Shown here one piece after another: positions 43,955 through 52,977 of a DNA stretch of 64,000 nt (positions are counted from its first letter, which is position 1; the number at the start of each line of letters is the position of its first letter). Position numbers and translations under genes: made by a program. The notes beneath the pieces are model-generated. The model was not told the DNA's origin. It saw nothing but the letters and a program-made list of their open reading frames with translations, and ran no database searches. The stretch comes from Candidatus Latescibacterota bacterium (GTDB lineage Bacteria; Latescibacterota; UBA2968; UBA8231), in the NCBI GenBank assembly GCA_965197905.1, contig CBDAOB010000003.1, forward strand, positions 608,001 to 672,000, given 5' to 3'.

Positions 43955-46147
43955 ATGGGCAAAATTCTCAACCTATTCGGCCTTACGACGCGCGAAGAGC
44001 TGCAAGCGGCGATCAAGCGGAAAAACCGCTGGCATCGACTGGTTCGGGACGTTTTTGCGCGGTATTACGTGAAGTTCCGGGAAAGCGATCTCGGCCACAT
44101 GCCCGAGCTCCCGGTCAAGTACTCGTCCGAGTGGGAGGAGGAGATCAGGCAGGAGATCTCTGAGTTTCACGGCCTCGACCTGGAATCGGTGGGCGAAGTC
44201 CTGGAGGCGTGCGGTTTCGGCACGGAACGCTGGGAGAGGCTCAAAGATGCCGGGGTTGCCGGTCTCGACACCCTCATAGACGAGCACATTTCGAATCTAG
44301 GCACCGTCTCCCCCGAGCGCGTGGAGGAGCTACTCAGTGAAGAGTTGCTGCTGCTTCTCCAACGCCGGCCCCACTTGCTGCAACAGTTCGCAGAACGCTT
44401 CGACGAAAAATCCGGACGCTACAATCCCACCGAAGATGAAATGCGAGAGAGTCAGGCCTACCTAGATCTCGAGCAAAAAATCAACGATGCGCAGATGGAA
44501 CTGCGGAAGTTCCGCAGCGGTGGACGGCGCGCGGTAGACCAGCTCAAGGTGTACGAAAAACAGATCGAAGCGCTAAAAAGCGAGCTATTCATGCGCCGCA
44601 AGGAGGAAACCGGCGACGCGGATGCCGGCCTTGGCGGATTCCCCTCCCTTTCCGACCTGGGCGGAAGCTCCGAAGAGGATCTCAGCGGATTGTTTGCGGG
44701 AGGCAGCGGCCCCGGGGCTGGACTCGAGGATAGGCAGATCGGCTCCAACGGGAAGACTGGGGATCAGGACGAGCTTCGACAGCTTCAGAGCGAACTCAAG
44801 ATGCGCGAGCACACCATCGGTGAGCTGCAGGAAAAACTGGAAAAGCTCGAGTTTCAAATGCAGTCGTCGCAGATATTGGATGGTGTCGGATTCGCAGATT
44901 CCGCCGGGAATGGCGCTGGCGAGGTAGCCGAGGACAGTGCGGAGGATAATGACGCCGACCTCCAGGTAGAGCTCAAGAAACGCGAGCATACCATTGCCGA
45001 GCTCGAGGAGAAGGTCCAGCAGCTGGAGCTCCAGCTGCAATCCTCGAACCTGCTCGGCGCCGGCGACGCCGAGGCCGATGTCTCCGATGTACTCGATGAT
45101 ATGGAGATCAGGGAGACCGCGATTCCGGAGGTGGAGTCAGAGAAGACGGTCGAAGAAGCTCCGGCCATGAGCAACATCCAGTACCTGAACGAGCTGAGAT
45201 CCAAGGACCATGCCATTTCCGGCCTCGAAGACAAGGTGGCCAAGCTGGAGTACCAGTTACAAACATCCCAGATGATCAGCGCCGATGACGTCGAAGTGGC
45301 CGATGACCTCGATGGACAGGCGGAGCAAGTCGTGCAACTGAAGAAGACCATCCACGCCCGCGAGCACGCCATCGAAAATCTCAGGGAGGAGCTGGGTCAG
45401 CAGGCGGAGCTAAACAACGTGGCCAAGGAGTTGAGGACCGAGCTCAAGGTCAAGGACCATTCGATTCGGGATCTCAAGGATCAACTGGAGAAATTCGAAA
45501 ATCAACTGGGTGGGGCGCGGGAGAAACTGCTGGCCGAAGTCAACAAGCTAGCCTCGCTGGCTGAAGGAGATGTGCAGTTCAAGCCCTCCGCCGAACTGGA
45601 TGGAATGGACGCCAACGAGCTGCTGGATTACGCCCAGGATATCGCCGAGGATCTGGATGTGCGCAAACAATCCTTGGAAGAGGGAATACAGGGGATCGAT
45701 TCGGTCAAAAGCAGCTACGAGGAAAGCAAACAAGCGTTTGAGGCTCAACAACAGGAGATGGAACAACAGCTAGAGGAGATGCGGACCGAGCTCGAGAACT
45801 ACGCCCAGAATCAAGAGCAGAAAAGCGACGAGGATTCAGGCAGCTCGATCGAGGCGGGCGGTGAGCCGAAGGAGGGCGACGAAGAAACCGAGAATGTCAT
45901 TCAGACCCAGCGCGATCAGTTGCAGCTCCTCGCCGGTCGCATGAAGGATATGATCGCCAGCAACAAGAGCCTGCAGCACGCCAATCAGAACATGTACACC
46001 GAGTTGGAGGCTGCCATGCACAAGCTCATGCCCCTACGGCGACAGATAGAAGATCTGCAGAAGAACCGGGAAGCCCTCGAGCAGTACATCCGGGAAAAAC
46101 ACGACCGCACCTTCACCCTCAAGAAATTGCAGCGCGGCGACGCCTGA
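43955..46147 (+). CDS. 730-aa acidic coiled-coil protein with internal repeats
   Basis: Long uninterrupted ORF, E/Q/L/K-rich heptads, no TM or ATPase motifs. Confidence 0.8.
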   Translation: MGKILNLFGLTTREELQAAIKRKNRWHRLVRDVFARYYVKFRESDLGHMPELPVKYSSEWEEEIRQEISEFHGLDLESVGEVLEACGFGTERWERLKDAGVAGLDTLIDEHISNLGTVSPERVEELLSEELLLLLQRRPHLLQQFAERFDEKSGRYNPTEDEMRESQAYLDLEQKINDAQMELRKFRSGGRRAVDQLKVYEKQIEALKSELFMRRKEETGDADAGLGGFPSLSDLGGSSEEDLSGLFAGGSGPGAGLEDRQIGSNGKTGDQDELRQLQSELKMREHTIGELQEKLEKLEFQMQSSQILDGVGFADSAGNGAGEVAEDSAEDNDADLQVELKKREHTIAELEEKVQQLELQLQSSNLLGAGDAEADVSDVLDDMEIRETAIPEVESEKTVEEAPAMSNIQYLNELRSKDHAISGLEDKVAKLEYQLQTSQMISADDVEVADDLDGQAEQVVQLKKTIHAREHAIENLREELGQQAELNNVAKELRTELKVKDHSIRDLKDQLEKFENQLGGAREKLLAEVNKLASLAEGDVQFKPSAELDGMDANELLDYAQDIAEDLDVRKQSLEEGIQGIDSVKSSYEESKQAFEAQQQEMEQQLEEMRTELENYAQNQEQKSDEDSGSSIEAGGEPKEGDEETENVIQTQRDQLQLLAGRMKDMIASNKSLQHANQNMYTELEAAMHKLMPLRRQIEDLQKNREALEQYIREKHDRTFTLKKLQRGDA
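44780..45510 (+). repeat. Five degenerate protein-level coiled-coil repeats (EL[KR]x[RK][ED]HxIxxL...)
   Basis: ELKMREHTIGELQEKLEKLEFQMQSS, ELKKREHTIAELEEKVQQLELQLQSS, ELRSKDHAISGLEDKVAKLEYQLQTS, TIHAREHAIENLREEL, ELKVKDHSIRDLKDQL. Confidence 0.8.
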
Positions 46148-46149
46148 GC

Positions 46150-46950
46150 CTAGGCCGCAACCCAATGGCGCAGCAGCGGTTTTACCTTCTCCGGGAGTTC
46201 GTCGAAAACGGAGCGAGGTAAGAGCTCTATCGCCGGCCAATCCAAGCCGCGCTCCTCAACCATGCGCGAGCGCTCGTCGGAGCCTTCGCGCCACAACTCA
46301 AGATTCAACCACCAGGGCACGTACAGCACCCGTATCATGGACCGCAGCGTTTTGGAGTCATTGACCGGGCGGGCATGCCAGACGCGGCTGTCCAGCATGA
46401 GCACGGTCCCCGGACGTCCACTGACCTGTACCTCGCCGGGGAATGGCTGCCGATTGTCGAAACCGATGTCGGCCGTCGGATTGCGAGGCTGCTTGTGGGT
46501 CCCGGGCAGAACGAGGGTTCCTCCCGTTTCGGGCGTGAACGGAGTCAACATCCAGATCGTCGTGATCATCGCACATATGTCGGGGTACGGCGCCAGAAAT
46601 CGGCCGGGGATGGACTCGTCCTGAGAAAATGGCCAGTCTGCATGCCAACGCCCGCGGTCGGCGAAGATGTCGCTGTTGTAAAGCGTCTCCATAACCCGCA
46701 GATCGGCACCGAGGAACGCTTCGCAGACCTCCATCACGCGAGCATCCGCCAAGTAGGGAGCGAAGGATTGATCGAAATTTAGAATAGCCCGGGTCTTCTT
46801 GCCCGGTTGAGATTCATCGGTGCCGAACGAATCCAGGGGCGTAGGAGCGTCCTCGATCCTTTGGTAAAGAGATTGTGCCTCATCCTCTGGAATAACATCC
46901 TCCACGAGGCACCAGCCGCTTATCCTCAGCTGATCTATCTTCGATACCAT
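46150..46950 (-). CDS. PhyH-family Fe(II)/2OG dioxygenase
   Basis: WHAD, IWML..FT...GGT.VLPGTH, DSRVWH. Confidence 0.88.
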   Translation of the reverse strand: MVSKIDQLRISGWCLVEDVIPEDEAQSLYQRIEDAPTPLDSFGTDESQPGKKTRAILNFDQSFAPYLADARVMEVCEAFLGADLRVMETLYNSDIFADRGRWHADWPFSQDESIPGRFLAPYPDICAMITTIWMLTPFTPETGGTLVLPGTHKQPRNPTADIGFDNRQPFPGEVQVSGRPGTVLMLDSRVWHARPVNDSKTLRSMIRVLYVPWWLNLELWREGSDERSRMVEERGLDWPAIELLPRSVFDELPEKVKPLLRHWVAA

Positions 46951-46976
46951 CCCATTTCCTCCTCGACACAAGCTAT

Positions 46977-48017
46977 TTAGGGAGCAGTACTCGTGCAATC
47001 GGCCGACTCGGATTGATATGCGACGTTCGGTGGCTCCCTGAAAAAACGGCGGAACCGACGTATTCTGAAGGATACAGGCATCCCCGCCAGCTCCAGATCA
47101 ACGGTTGCACCGGCGGTGAGCCGCCGGGGAGGATCTGCGATCTGGATGTGGCCTGAGCGTACCCCGCCCGCGGGAATCATCTGCGTCGGACTTGAAGAGC
47201 CCGGCCGGACCCCTAATCGGAACTCCATCGACGACCCGGTCCGATTCTTTACGTAGTAGTAGATTTCAAAGGGCAACTCCCGTGCTACGACACACCAAGC
47301 GGTCCAGTCCATCCGGGAGACGGCAGCCACGTACCGACGACGCCAGTCGATTCTCACGTCCATCTTCACCCGGGACCGGTTCCAGCTGTAGACGAACGTA
47401 TCCGTACGGCAGCTGATTGCATTGTCGTCATCCCCCGGCTCGACTGCGAGCAAACCGTCGAATAGGTCTCCCTGCGAAAGACAGTCCTTGGCGGCGTCGT
47501 GGTGAAAAATCGCCGGGAGGAAATTCTCCAAGCGGTTCCCGAAGGGGGAAGCCCGACGAAAACCCAATCGCCGCGGTTGCGTCGGATCCACGGTTGCGCC
47601 AGAGGATGGTGTGGCCTCCAACCCTTCGAAATCGCGGTTGCAGCACCCTCGTAAAGAGGCTTTGGTCACCTGCCAGAGTGACGATGAGATCGGCCCTCCT
47701 AGAGCAATGGCTCTCATCACGCCTGTCCGACCGTCTCCGGCTTCGTCTACAACCCATGCCAATGCGCACATGTCGTCGTCGTGCCACCCGGCCCAGGCAC
47801 TGAACTGATGAAATCGAAGATTTGATTCTACCAGCCGCCAACCGGTGTCCGGCTCTCCGAAAACCCAATCTGATCGGCACAGTCGATGAAGAAACCGCTT
47901 TACTGCGGGTGCATCCTGATTCGTGAGCGCTCGAAGTCGTGTCACCAGATCGTGCTGGGGCCAAGGGTGTGCGCTTTGACAAGCAATCGCCATACCCGCC
48001 GCAGTCTGGAGAGTCAC
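46977..48017 (-). CDS. Hypothetical protein, possibly with a degenerate GNAT-like N-terminus
   Basis: Long ORF filling the gap; LRALTNQD.PAV and RLGF resemble GNAT elements; start uncertain. Confidence 0.45.
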   Translation of the reverse strand: MTLQTAAGMAIACQSAHPWPQHDLVTRLRALTNQDAPAVKRFLHRLCRSDWVFGEPDTGWRLVESNLRFHQFSAWAGWHDDDMCALAWVVDEAGDGRTGVMRAIALGGPISSSLWQVTKASLRGCCNRDFEGLEATPSSGATVDPTQPRRLGFRRASPFGNRLENFLPAIFHHDAAKDCLSQGDLFDGLLAVEPGDDDNAISCRTDTFVYSWNRSRVKMDVRIDWRRRYVAAVSRMDWTAWCVVARELPFEIYYYVKNRTGSSMEFRLGVRPGSSSPTQMIPAGGVRSGHIQIADPPRRLTAGATVDLELAGMPVSFRIRRFRRFFREPPNVAYQSESADCTSTAP

Positions 48018-48170
48018 AGGTTGTAGAGGGGGCTATCGACGACCAGGGACCCTACCGTTGTCACCGGTACGACACACAGCTTCGAATCGCGAATTTAGCT
48101 TGCCCCCCTATTTCTTCGGCGTTACTATTCCCTCGTTGTCGGCCTCCTCGTATTCCGTGAGCAGAAGCAT

Positions 48171-48584
48171 ATGAGCAAAAAATCTACAGACGTGGATCTG
48201 GTTATTCCTATGATTCCAGAAATGGAATTGACTGCCTCTAAGACGGCGGAAGCGGTAGGAAACTTTATGCGCCTGGACGCCGACCAGATTGACGAAATAA
48301 AAATCGCCTTGATCGAAGCGTGCATTAACTCCTTCGAGCATAGTCAGAGCCAGAATCGTCGGGTCAACATCAACTTCGAGATCAGTTCCGAGCAGCTCTC
48401 GATACAGATCTCCGATGAAGGGCAGGGGTTCGATCTCGACAAGGTTCGCACTGAGATCAAGGATCGTCGCGATCGGAATGAGAAGCGGGGTTGGGGTCTG
48501 AAGATCATGCAGGAGTTGATGGATGAGGTGCGCGTCGAATCGGGCGACAACGGCACCACCATCACCATGGTCAAGTACCGGTAG
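48171..48584 (+). CDS. RsbW/SpoIIAB-like anti-sigma Ser/Thr kinase
   Basis: ALIEACINSFEH, ISDEGQGFD, RGWGLKIMQELMDEV. Confidence 0.9.
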   Translation: MSKKSTDVDLVIPMIPEMELTASKTAEAVGNFMRLDADQIDEIKIALIEACINSFEHSQSQNRRVNINFEISSEQLSIQISDEGQGFDLDKVRTEIKDRRDRNEKRGWGLKIMQELMDEVRVESGDNGTTITMVKYR

Positions 48585-48670
48585 CACATGGCAGGCGGGT
48601 ACACCCATGTTGCGACGCCGCGAATGTCCCGTTTTCGAGGATTAAAAATCAGAAGCAGGAGCGCATAGTA

Positions 48671-49021
48671 ATGGCAGAGAACACCGATGTGAGAGGCCGC
48701 CACGAGAGTGGGTTGGGCGTCGTCGATGTCGTCGGTTACATCAATAACGTCGGCGGAGAAAAGGTCGTACAAACCTGTGATGAACTCGCTACTCAGGGTG
48801 TCTCGAGCTTTATCCTCAATCTCGATGGCTGTACCATCGTCAACAGTATTGGAGTTTCTTTCCTGATCGAGCTTGTGGAGAAGGTGAAAGACGACAGCGG
48901 GCGGCTGGCGTTTTGTTGCGTTTCACCCACCATCGCCAAAACGTTCAGGATAATGGGGCTTCTGCAAAACTCCACGGTGCACGAAACCGAAGCGGAGGCA
49001 CTCGAGTCGCTCAAGGGGTGA
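48671..49021 (+). CDS. STAS-domain anti-sigma-factor antagonist (RsbV/SpoIIAA-like)
   Basis: ILNLDG...VNSIG (phosphoacceptor Ser retained), FRIMGL; SD AGGAG. Confidence 0.88.
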   Translation: MAENTDVRGRHESGLGVVDVVGYINNVGGEKVVQTCDELATQGVSSFILNLDGCTIVNSIGVSFLIELVEKVKDDSGRLAFCCVSPTIAKTFRIMGLLQNSTVHETEAEALESLKG

Positions 49022-49022
49022 T

Positions 49023-49955
49023 ATGGCGTCTACCTCGAGCAAATCGCTGGTTCAGGTCCTCAAGAAAATACCCCTATTCAACGGCCTTTCACCTTCTCAG
49101 CTGCAAAAGATTCTGACGTTCTGCGCCACGCGTAGCTATTCACCCGAAGAAGTCATGTGTGAGGTCGGCTCGCACAGCGAAGAGATGTTCGTTCTCTTGA
49201 GCGGCACCCTGTCGATCGTTACCCGCGAGGGGTTGCAGGTCGCTACGCTAAAACCGGTGACGACCGTAGGTGAGGTAGGAGTGATCACACGGCAACCTCG
49301 CTCCGCCACGGTGGGTGTGATCGAAAAGTGCAATACCCTCATCCTCAAGCGAGGCCAGTTCGAGCATCTTCTGCGGGACAATCAGGACATTCAAGTCGTA
49401 GTCTATCGCAACATTATCGATATACTTGGGCGGCGTCTGATAAACGACAACGTTCGCATGCGCGACTACCTACTCGAAAAAACCAGATTCGAGTCACAAA
49501 TACGGGAGGAGCGGCGCCGGACCTCAGCTGCCATACGCTTGTTGATGGAGCGTGCGGCGATGGAGAAGGACCAGGCAGAAGCGCAAATCACTGCCGTAGC
49601 GGAAAAGGAGATTCCGACCATCCTCGTGGTGGACGACGAAGTCAATGTGCGCAAGGTGATCAAGCGGATCCTGGCCGATTTTTTCAGCGTCCTCGAAGCA
49701 GGAAATGGGGAAGAAGCTCTGAGCGTGATCGAAGAGCAGCAGCCCGATCTAGTTATCACCGACATAAAGATGCCGCAGATGGATGGTCTGGTGCTGCTCG
49801 ACAATATGCGCGATCGATTCCCGAACATTCCCGTCCTCGCCATCTCGGGTTATTTCGACGATGAAGAGATTGAGGGCAAGGGATTCAACGGCTTTCTGCA
49901 CAAACCTCTGCAGATGGACGAGCTGAGGGGGCTGGTCGACGAGAATCTCAACTAA
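49023..49955 (+). CDS. cNMP-binding domain, coiled coil and receiver-domain fusion
   Basis: IPLFNGL, VGEVGVITRQPRSATV; C-terminal ILVVDD, TDIKMP, ISG, KP. Confidence 0.88.
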   Translation: MASTSSKSLVQVLKKIPLFNGLSPSQLQKILTFCATRSYSPEEVMCEVGSHSEEMFVLLSGTLSIVTREGLQVATLKPVTTVGEVGVITRQPRSATVGVIEKCNTLILKRGQFEHLLRDNQDIQVVVYRNIIDILGRRLINDNVRMRDYLLEKTRFESQIREERRRTSAAIRLLMERAAMEKDQAEAQITAVAEKEIPTILVVDDEVNVRKVIKRILADFFSVLEAGNGEEALSVIEEQQPDLVITDIKMPQMDGLVLLDNMRDRFPNIPVLAISGYFDDEEIEGKGFNGFLHKPLQMDELRGLVDENLN

Positions 49956-49991
49956 GCACACCGTGGACTTTTGGGAAATTTTGGAGGATCG

Positions 49992-51293
49992 ATGTCCCCG
50001 CACACAGACGGGAGCGCTGCCAATGAGGAGCTGACAGAGCTCAGGCGCCAGTTGACCGAGAAGGTGCAGCTGCTGGAATTCGGCCGCCAAATCGGCCAGA
50101 TCGCTCTGGCCTCCGCCGACGTGGATGAGGTGCTGGACAGCTTGGCACGGCAGGTCATCGAAACCGGGTTGTTCGACGTCCTGATGATCGCGCTGGTCGA
50201 CGTCAAAGCTGATAGGGTGGTCCCGGTCAGGTCCTGGATGCGTGACCAGAACGGGGACTCGGACCGAGCTTCCGTCTCTGCACTAAACGAATTGACCAGT
50301 CCGCCGCTCCTGGTCGATTTGGCCCGCACTGGCGAACTCCAGATCATCGAGAATTGGGACGGACCCCGGCACGGCGTGCCGCTTGGCCCCAATCCCTCCG
50401 AAGCCGACCAGGTGGCCTATTTCATTCCGGTGAAGCAGGGAGATCGGGTATTGGCTTTACTTGGAACCACCAGTCCGGCGGCGCAAAAAGCCGATGTGCT
50501 GCGCCGCGTCGAAGCGGTTCAACCAGTTCTTTCCCATATCGCCGTAGCCCTGGAACACGCCCGCCTCTACGGGGAGGTGCAGGCGCACACCACCGAGCTA
50601 GAAGTGGTCAATTGGCAGCTGCAAAGCGAAATCCTCGAGCGCCAACGTTCCGAAGAGCTCATTCAGGCGGCACTCGCAGAGAAAGAGGTCCTGCTCAAGG
50701 AGGTTCACCACCGGGTGAAGAACAACCTCCAGGTCATTTGCAGCATGCTCGATCTCCAAACGGAGTACATGAAGGACCGGCAGCCCCATGAGATTCTGCG
50801 GGACACCAAGAATCGGATTCGCGCCATGGGTTTGATTCACGAGAATCTCTACGGCACCCCCGACCTCGAGCTCATAAACTGCGAGGATTACATCCGCAAC
50901 TTGGTGATGAACCTCTTCGTCTCCCACGGCGCCACCCCGGATTCGGTGGTGGCCCGGTTCCACATCGACGTCGAGGGACTCGACGTGGACACCGCAGTTC
51001 CTTGCGGGCTCATCGTCAACGAGCTGGTTACTAACTCGCTGAAGTACGCTTTCTCTTCGGGGAAGGGTGAGATTCTCGTCGAGCTCCGCCGTCAACAGGA
51101 GGGTCGGTTCGGTCTGATGGTCAGCGACGATGGCGAGGGCTTTCCGCCGAAACTGGACCCGGCAACCAGCGAGTCCCTGGGGCTCAAGCTGGTAACGAGC
51201 CTGGGCAAACAGCTGGGCGGCGCTGTCACGTTCGAGACCATCAGTGGAGCCCGGACTCGAATCGACGGGATGAGCTCGAAGGCTGTCAGCTGA
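49992..51293 (+). CDS. Cytoplasmic GAF plus HisKA_2 histidine kinase
   Basis: LLKEVHHRVKNNLQ, GLIVNELVTNSLKYAF, DDGEG, SLGLKLV; SD GGAGG. Confidence 0.92.
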   Translation: MSPHTDGSAANEELTELRRQLTEKVQLLEFGRQIGQIALASADVDEVLDSLARQVIETGLFDVLMIALVDVKADRVVPVRSWMRDQNGDSDRASVSALNELTSPPLLVDLARTGELQIIENWDGPRHGVPLGPNPSEADQVAYFIPVKQGDRVLALLGTTSPAAQKADVLRRVEAVQPVLSHIAVALEHARLYGEVQAHTTELEVVNWQLQSEILERQRSEELIQAALAEKEVLLKEVHHRVKNNLQVICSMLDLQTEYMKDRQPHEILRDTKNRIRAMGLIHENLYGTPDLELINCEDYIRNLVMNLFVSHGATPDSVVARFHIDVEGLDVDTAVPCGLIVNELVTNSLKYAFSSGKGEILVELRRQQEGRFGLMVSDDGEGFPPKLDPATSESLGLKLVTSLGKQLGGAVTFETISGARTRIDGMSSKAVS

Positions 51294-51316
51294 CGCGGCT
51301 TGCGCCCAAACCACCT

Positions 51317-51538
51317 TTGGAAAAGATTAGAAGTGTCGTGCCCGCCCGGAACAACACCGAGCTATCCGACTCTAAACTCAACGAGAGCGTGGGCCAATGT
51401 TTTGCCTGTCGCCACGTCCGCCGAATTCAGTCGCAGCGAGGAAGTTCGTTCTTCCTCTGCCGCCGATCGCTTACCGATGCCAACTATCCGAGATACCCTA
51501 TCCTGCCCGTAGCCGATTGCGCCGGGTTCGAGGAGTAG
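51317..51538 (+). CDS. Small four-cysteine protein (putative metal-binding)
   Basis: GQCFACRH...GS.F.LC...YPRYP.LPV..C.GF; start uncertain. Confidence 0.6.
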   Translation: MEKIRSVVPARNNTELSDSKLNESVGQCFACRHVRRIQSQRGSSFFLCRRSLTDANYPRYPILPVADCAGFEE

Positions 51539-51601
51539 CCCGACATGAAAATGCGCCCGGGTTGGTAACACAGCCAGCGCGCAAACCTCGGGAGCGCGTC
51601 A

Positions 51602-51925
51602 ATGGGTAACAGACTGTTGGCGATGGCCGCGATTCTCGTGGTGGTATTGGGGGGGTTGTGGTTCGCCCACCAGGCGTTCATGACGCGCCATTGGGAAGAG
51701 TTCAACGCGGCAGGCGACCGCGCATTCGGCAGGCAAAACTATCCCTACGCCGAGAAGATGTATCGCGAGGCACTGCAACGCGCCGAGGCACTGGACCCGC
51801 AGGACGCCCGGGTCGTCAAGAGCCTGACCGCCCTCCACCGTCTTTACAAAGCGCAGGGGAAAACGCTGCAGGCCGACAGCCTGCTCGCCCGCGCCAGGGC
51901 TCTTCGCGCCAGCAGAAAACGCTAG
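51602..51925 (+). CDS. Small TM-anchored TPR protein
   Basis: N-terminal TM; AEKMYREAL, SLTAL..LYKAQGK TPR-like motifs. Confidence 0.7.
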   Translation: MGNRLLAMAAILVVVLGGLWFAHQAFMTRHWEEFNAAGDRAFGRQNYPYAEKMYREALQRAEALDPQDARVVKSLTALHRLYKAQGKTLQADSLLARARALRASRKR

Positions 51926-51930
51926 GGACC

Positions 51931-52661
51931 CTAGCGTTTTTTCAGCTGCGCTCCCAGCTCCGCGATCATGCTCATGGATTCCGCCCGGGCTGCTGCCAGT
52001 CCAGGGGAGGTCGGTGAGTCACCGCGAACAAAGTCAAGGATCACCTGTTCGGCCGCCACGAAATCGGCGCACGCATGGGCCACCTCCGAGCCGATGCCGT
52101 TGGGTATCACGGTTACACCGTTGCAGTCTCCGTGCAGCAGGTCGCCTGGAAAAACGATGATTCCCCCAACGGCCACGGGTACGGCCAGGTCGACGATGTG
52201 GGCATATCCATGTGAGCAGATAGCCCCGTCGCTGAAGGCCGGAAAACCCATCTCTCTGACCTGATCTAGATCTCGTGCGGCACCGCTGGTGATCAATCCG
52301 ACAGCTCCGAAGGCCATATAACAGCTGCACATCACGTCACCGAAAGTCGCAGCCACGGAGGGAACATCCATATCCTGAACTACCACGACGGGGGGGCCGT
52401 TGACCTTGGAAAAAGCGTCCACCTGCCTGTCCAAACCGGCGTGCACGTCGCCGTCCCGAGCCGGAACAGCCCCGCGGTAGGTGGACGTGGCGGCGTAGCC
52501 GACCATGGGGGCATCTCGGGGAAGCAGGATTTTATGCGGGCGTCCATATAACCCACGTTACGGGGTTGAAGCTCGAAGAGTTCAACTACGTTGCAGATCG
52601 TCGGCGTATCGTATTTGCGCAGCAAATCCAGGTCTGCCGCAGATAAACCTTTGTCAGTCAT
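51931..52661 (-). CDS. RraA/HMG-aldolase-family protein; frameshift at a homopolymer near 52507-52511
   Basis: DTPTICNVVE...FPEMPP/MVGYAAT, GDVM, GAARDL, PGDLLHGD.NGV. Confidence 0.88.
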
Positions 52662-52828
52662 TCGGTGCTCGTTTCCTGGTCGGTGGATTGTAGTTGGCAA
52701 GTCGAGGCGAGTGCAAGATAGTTCGGCTCAATTGCACTGTCAAAACGGATTGCTTGCACGGTGGATTGGCTCGCGTATCTTGATATCGAGTACACGAATG
52801 CGCAGGTCCTAACCAAAATCGGGTGACT

Positions 52829-52972
52829 GTGCTCGACCTGTTCGACAGCTCGAAATTCTCCGCTCTGTTCGGCGTTGTGGTGGCTTGCTACATATTGCGT
52901 GACGTGGTGCGGCTGATCGACACGCTCGTGCGCGAGGCACTCGGACTCAGACCGAAGAAGGCGGGGAACTGA
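52829..52972 (+). CDS. Putative 47-aa single-TM small protein (below the ORF-track cut-off)
   Basis: MLDLFDSSKFSALFGVVVACYILRDVVRLIDTLVREALGLRPKKAGN; ends 5 nt before the next ATG. Confidence 0.45.
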   Translation: MLDLFDSSKFSALFGVVVACYILRDVVRLIDTLVREALGLRPKKAGN

Positions 52973-52977
52973 AGCCG

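Noticed and set aside
44780..45510. CRISPR-like or tandem DNA repeat
   Set aside because: Repeats are degenerate at DNA level, in frame and irregularly spaced; they are protein repeats.
43955..46147. SMC/SbcC chromosome protein call
   Set aside because: No Walker A/B, signature or hinge motifs.
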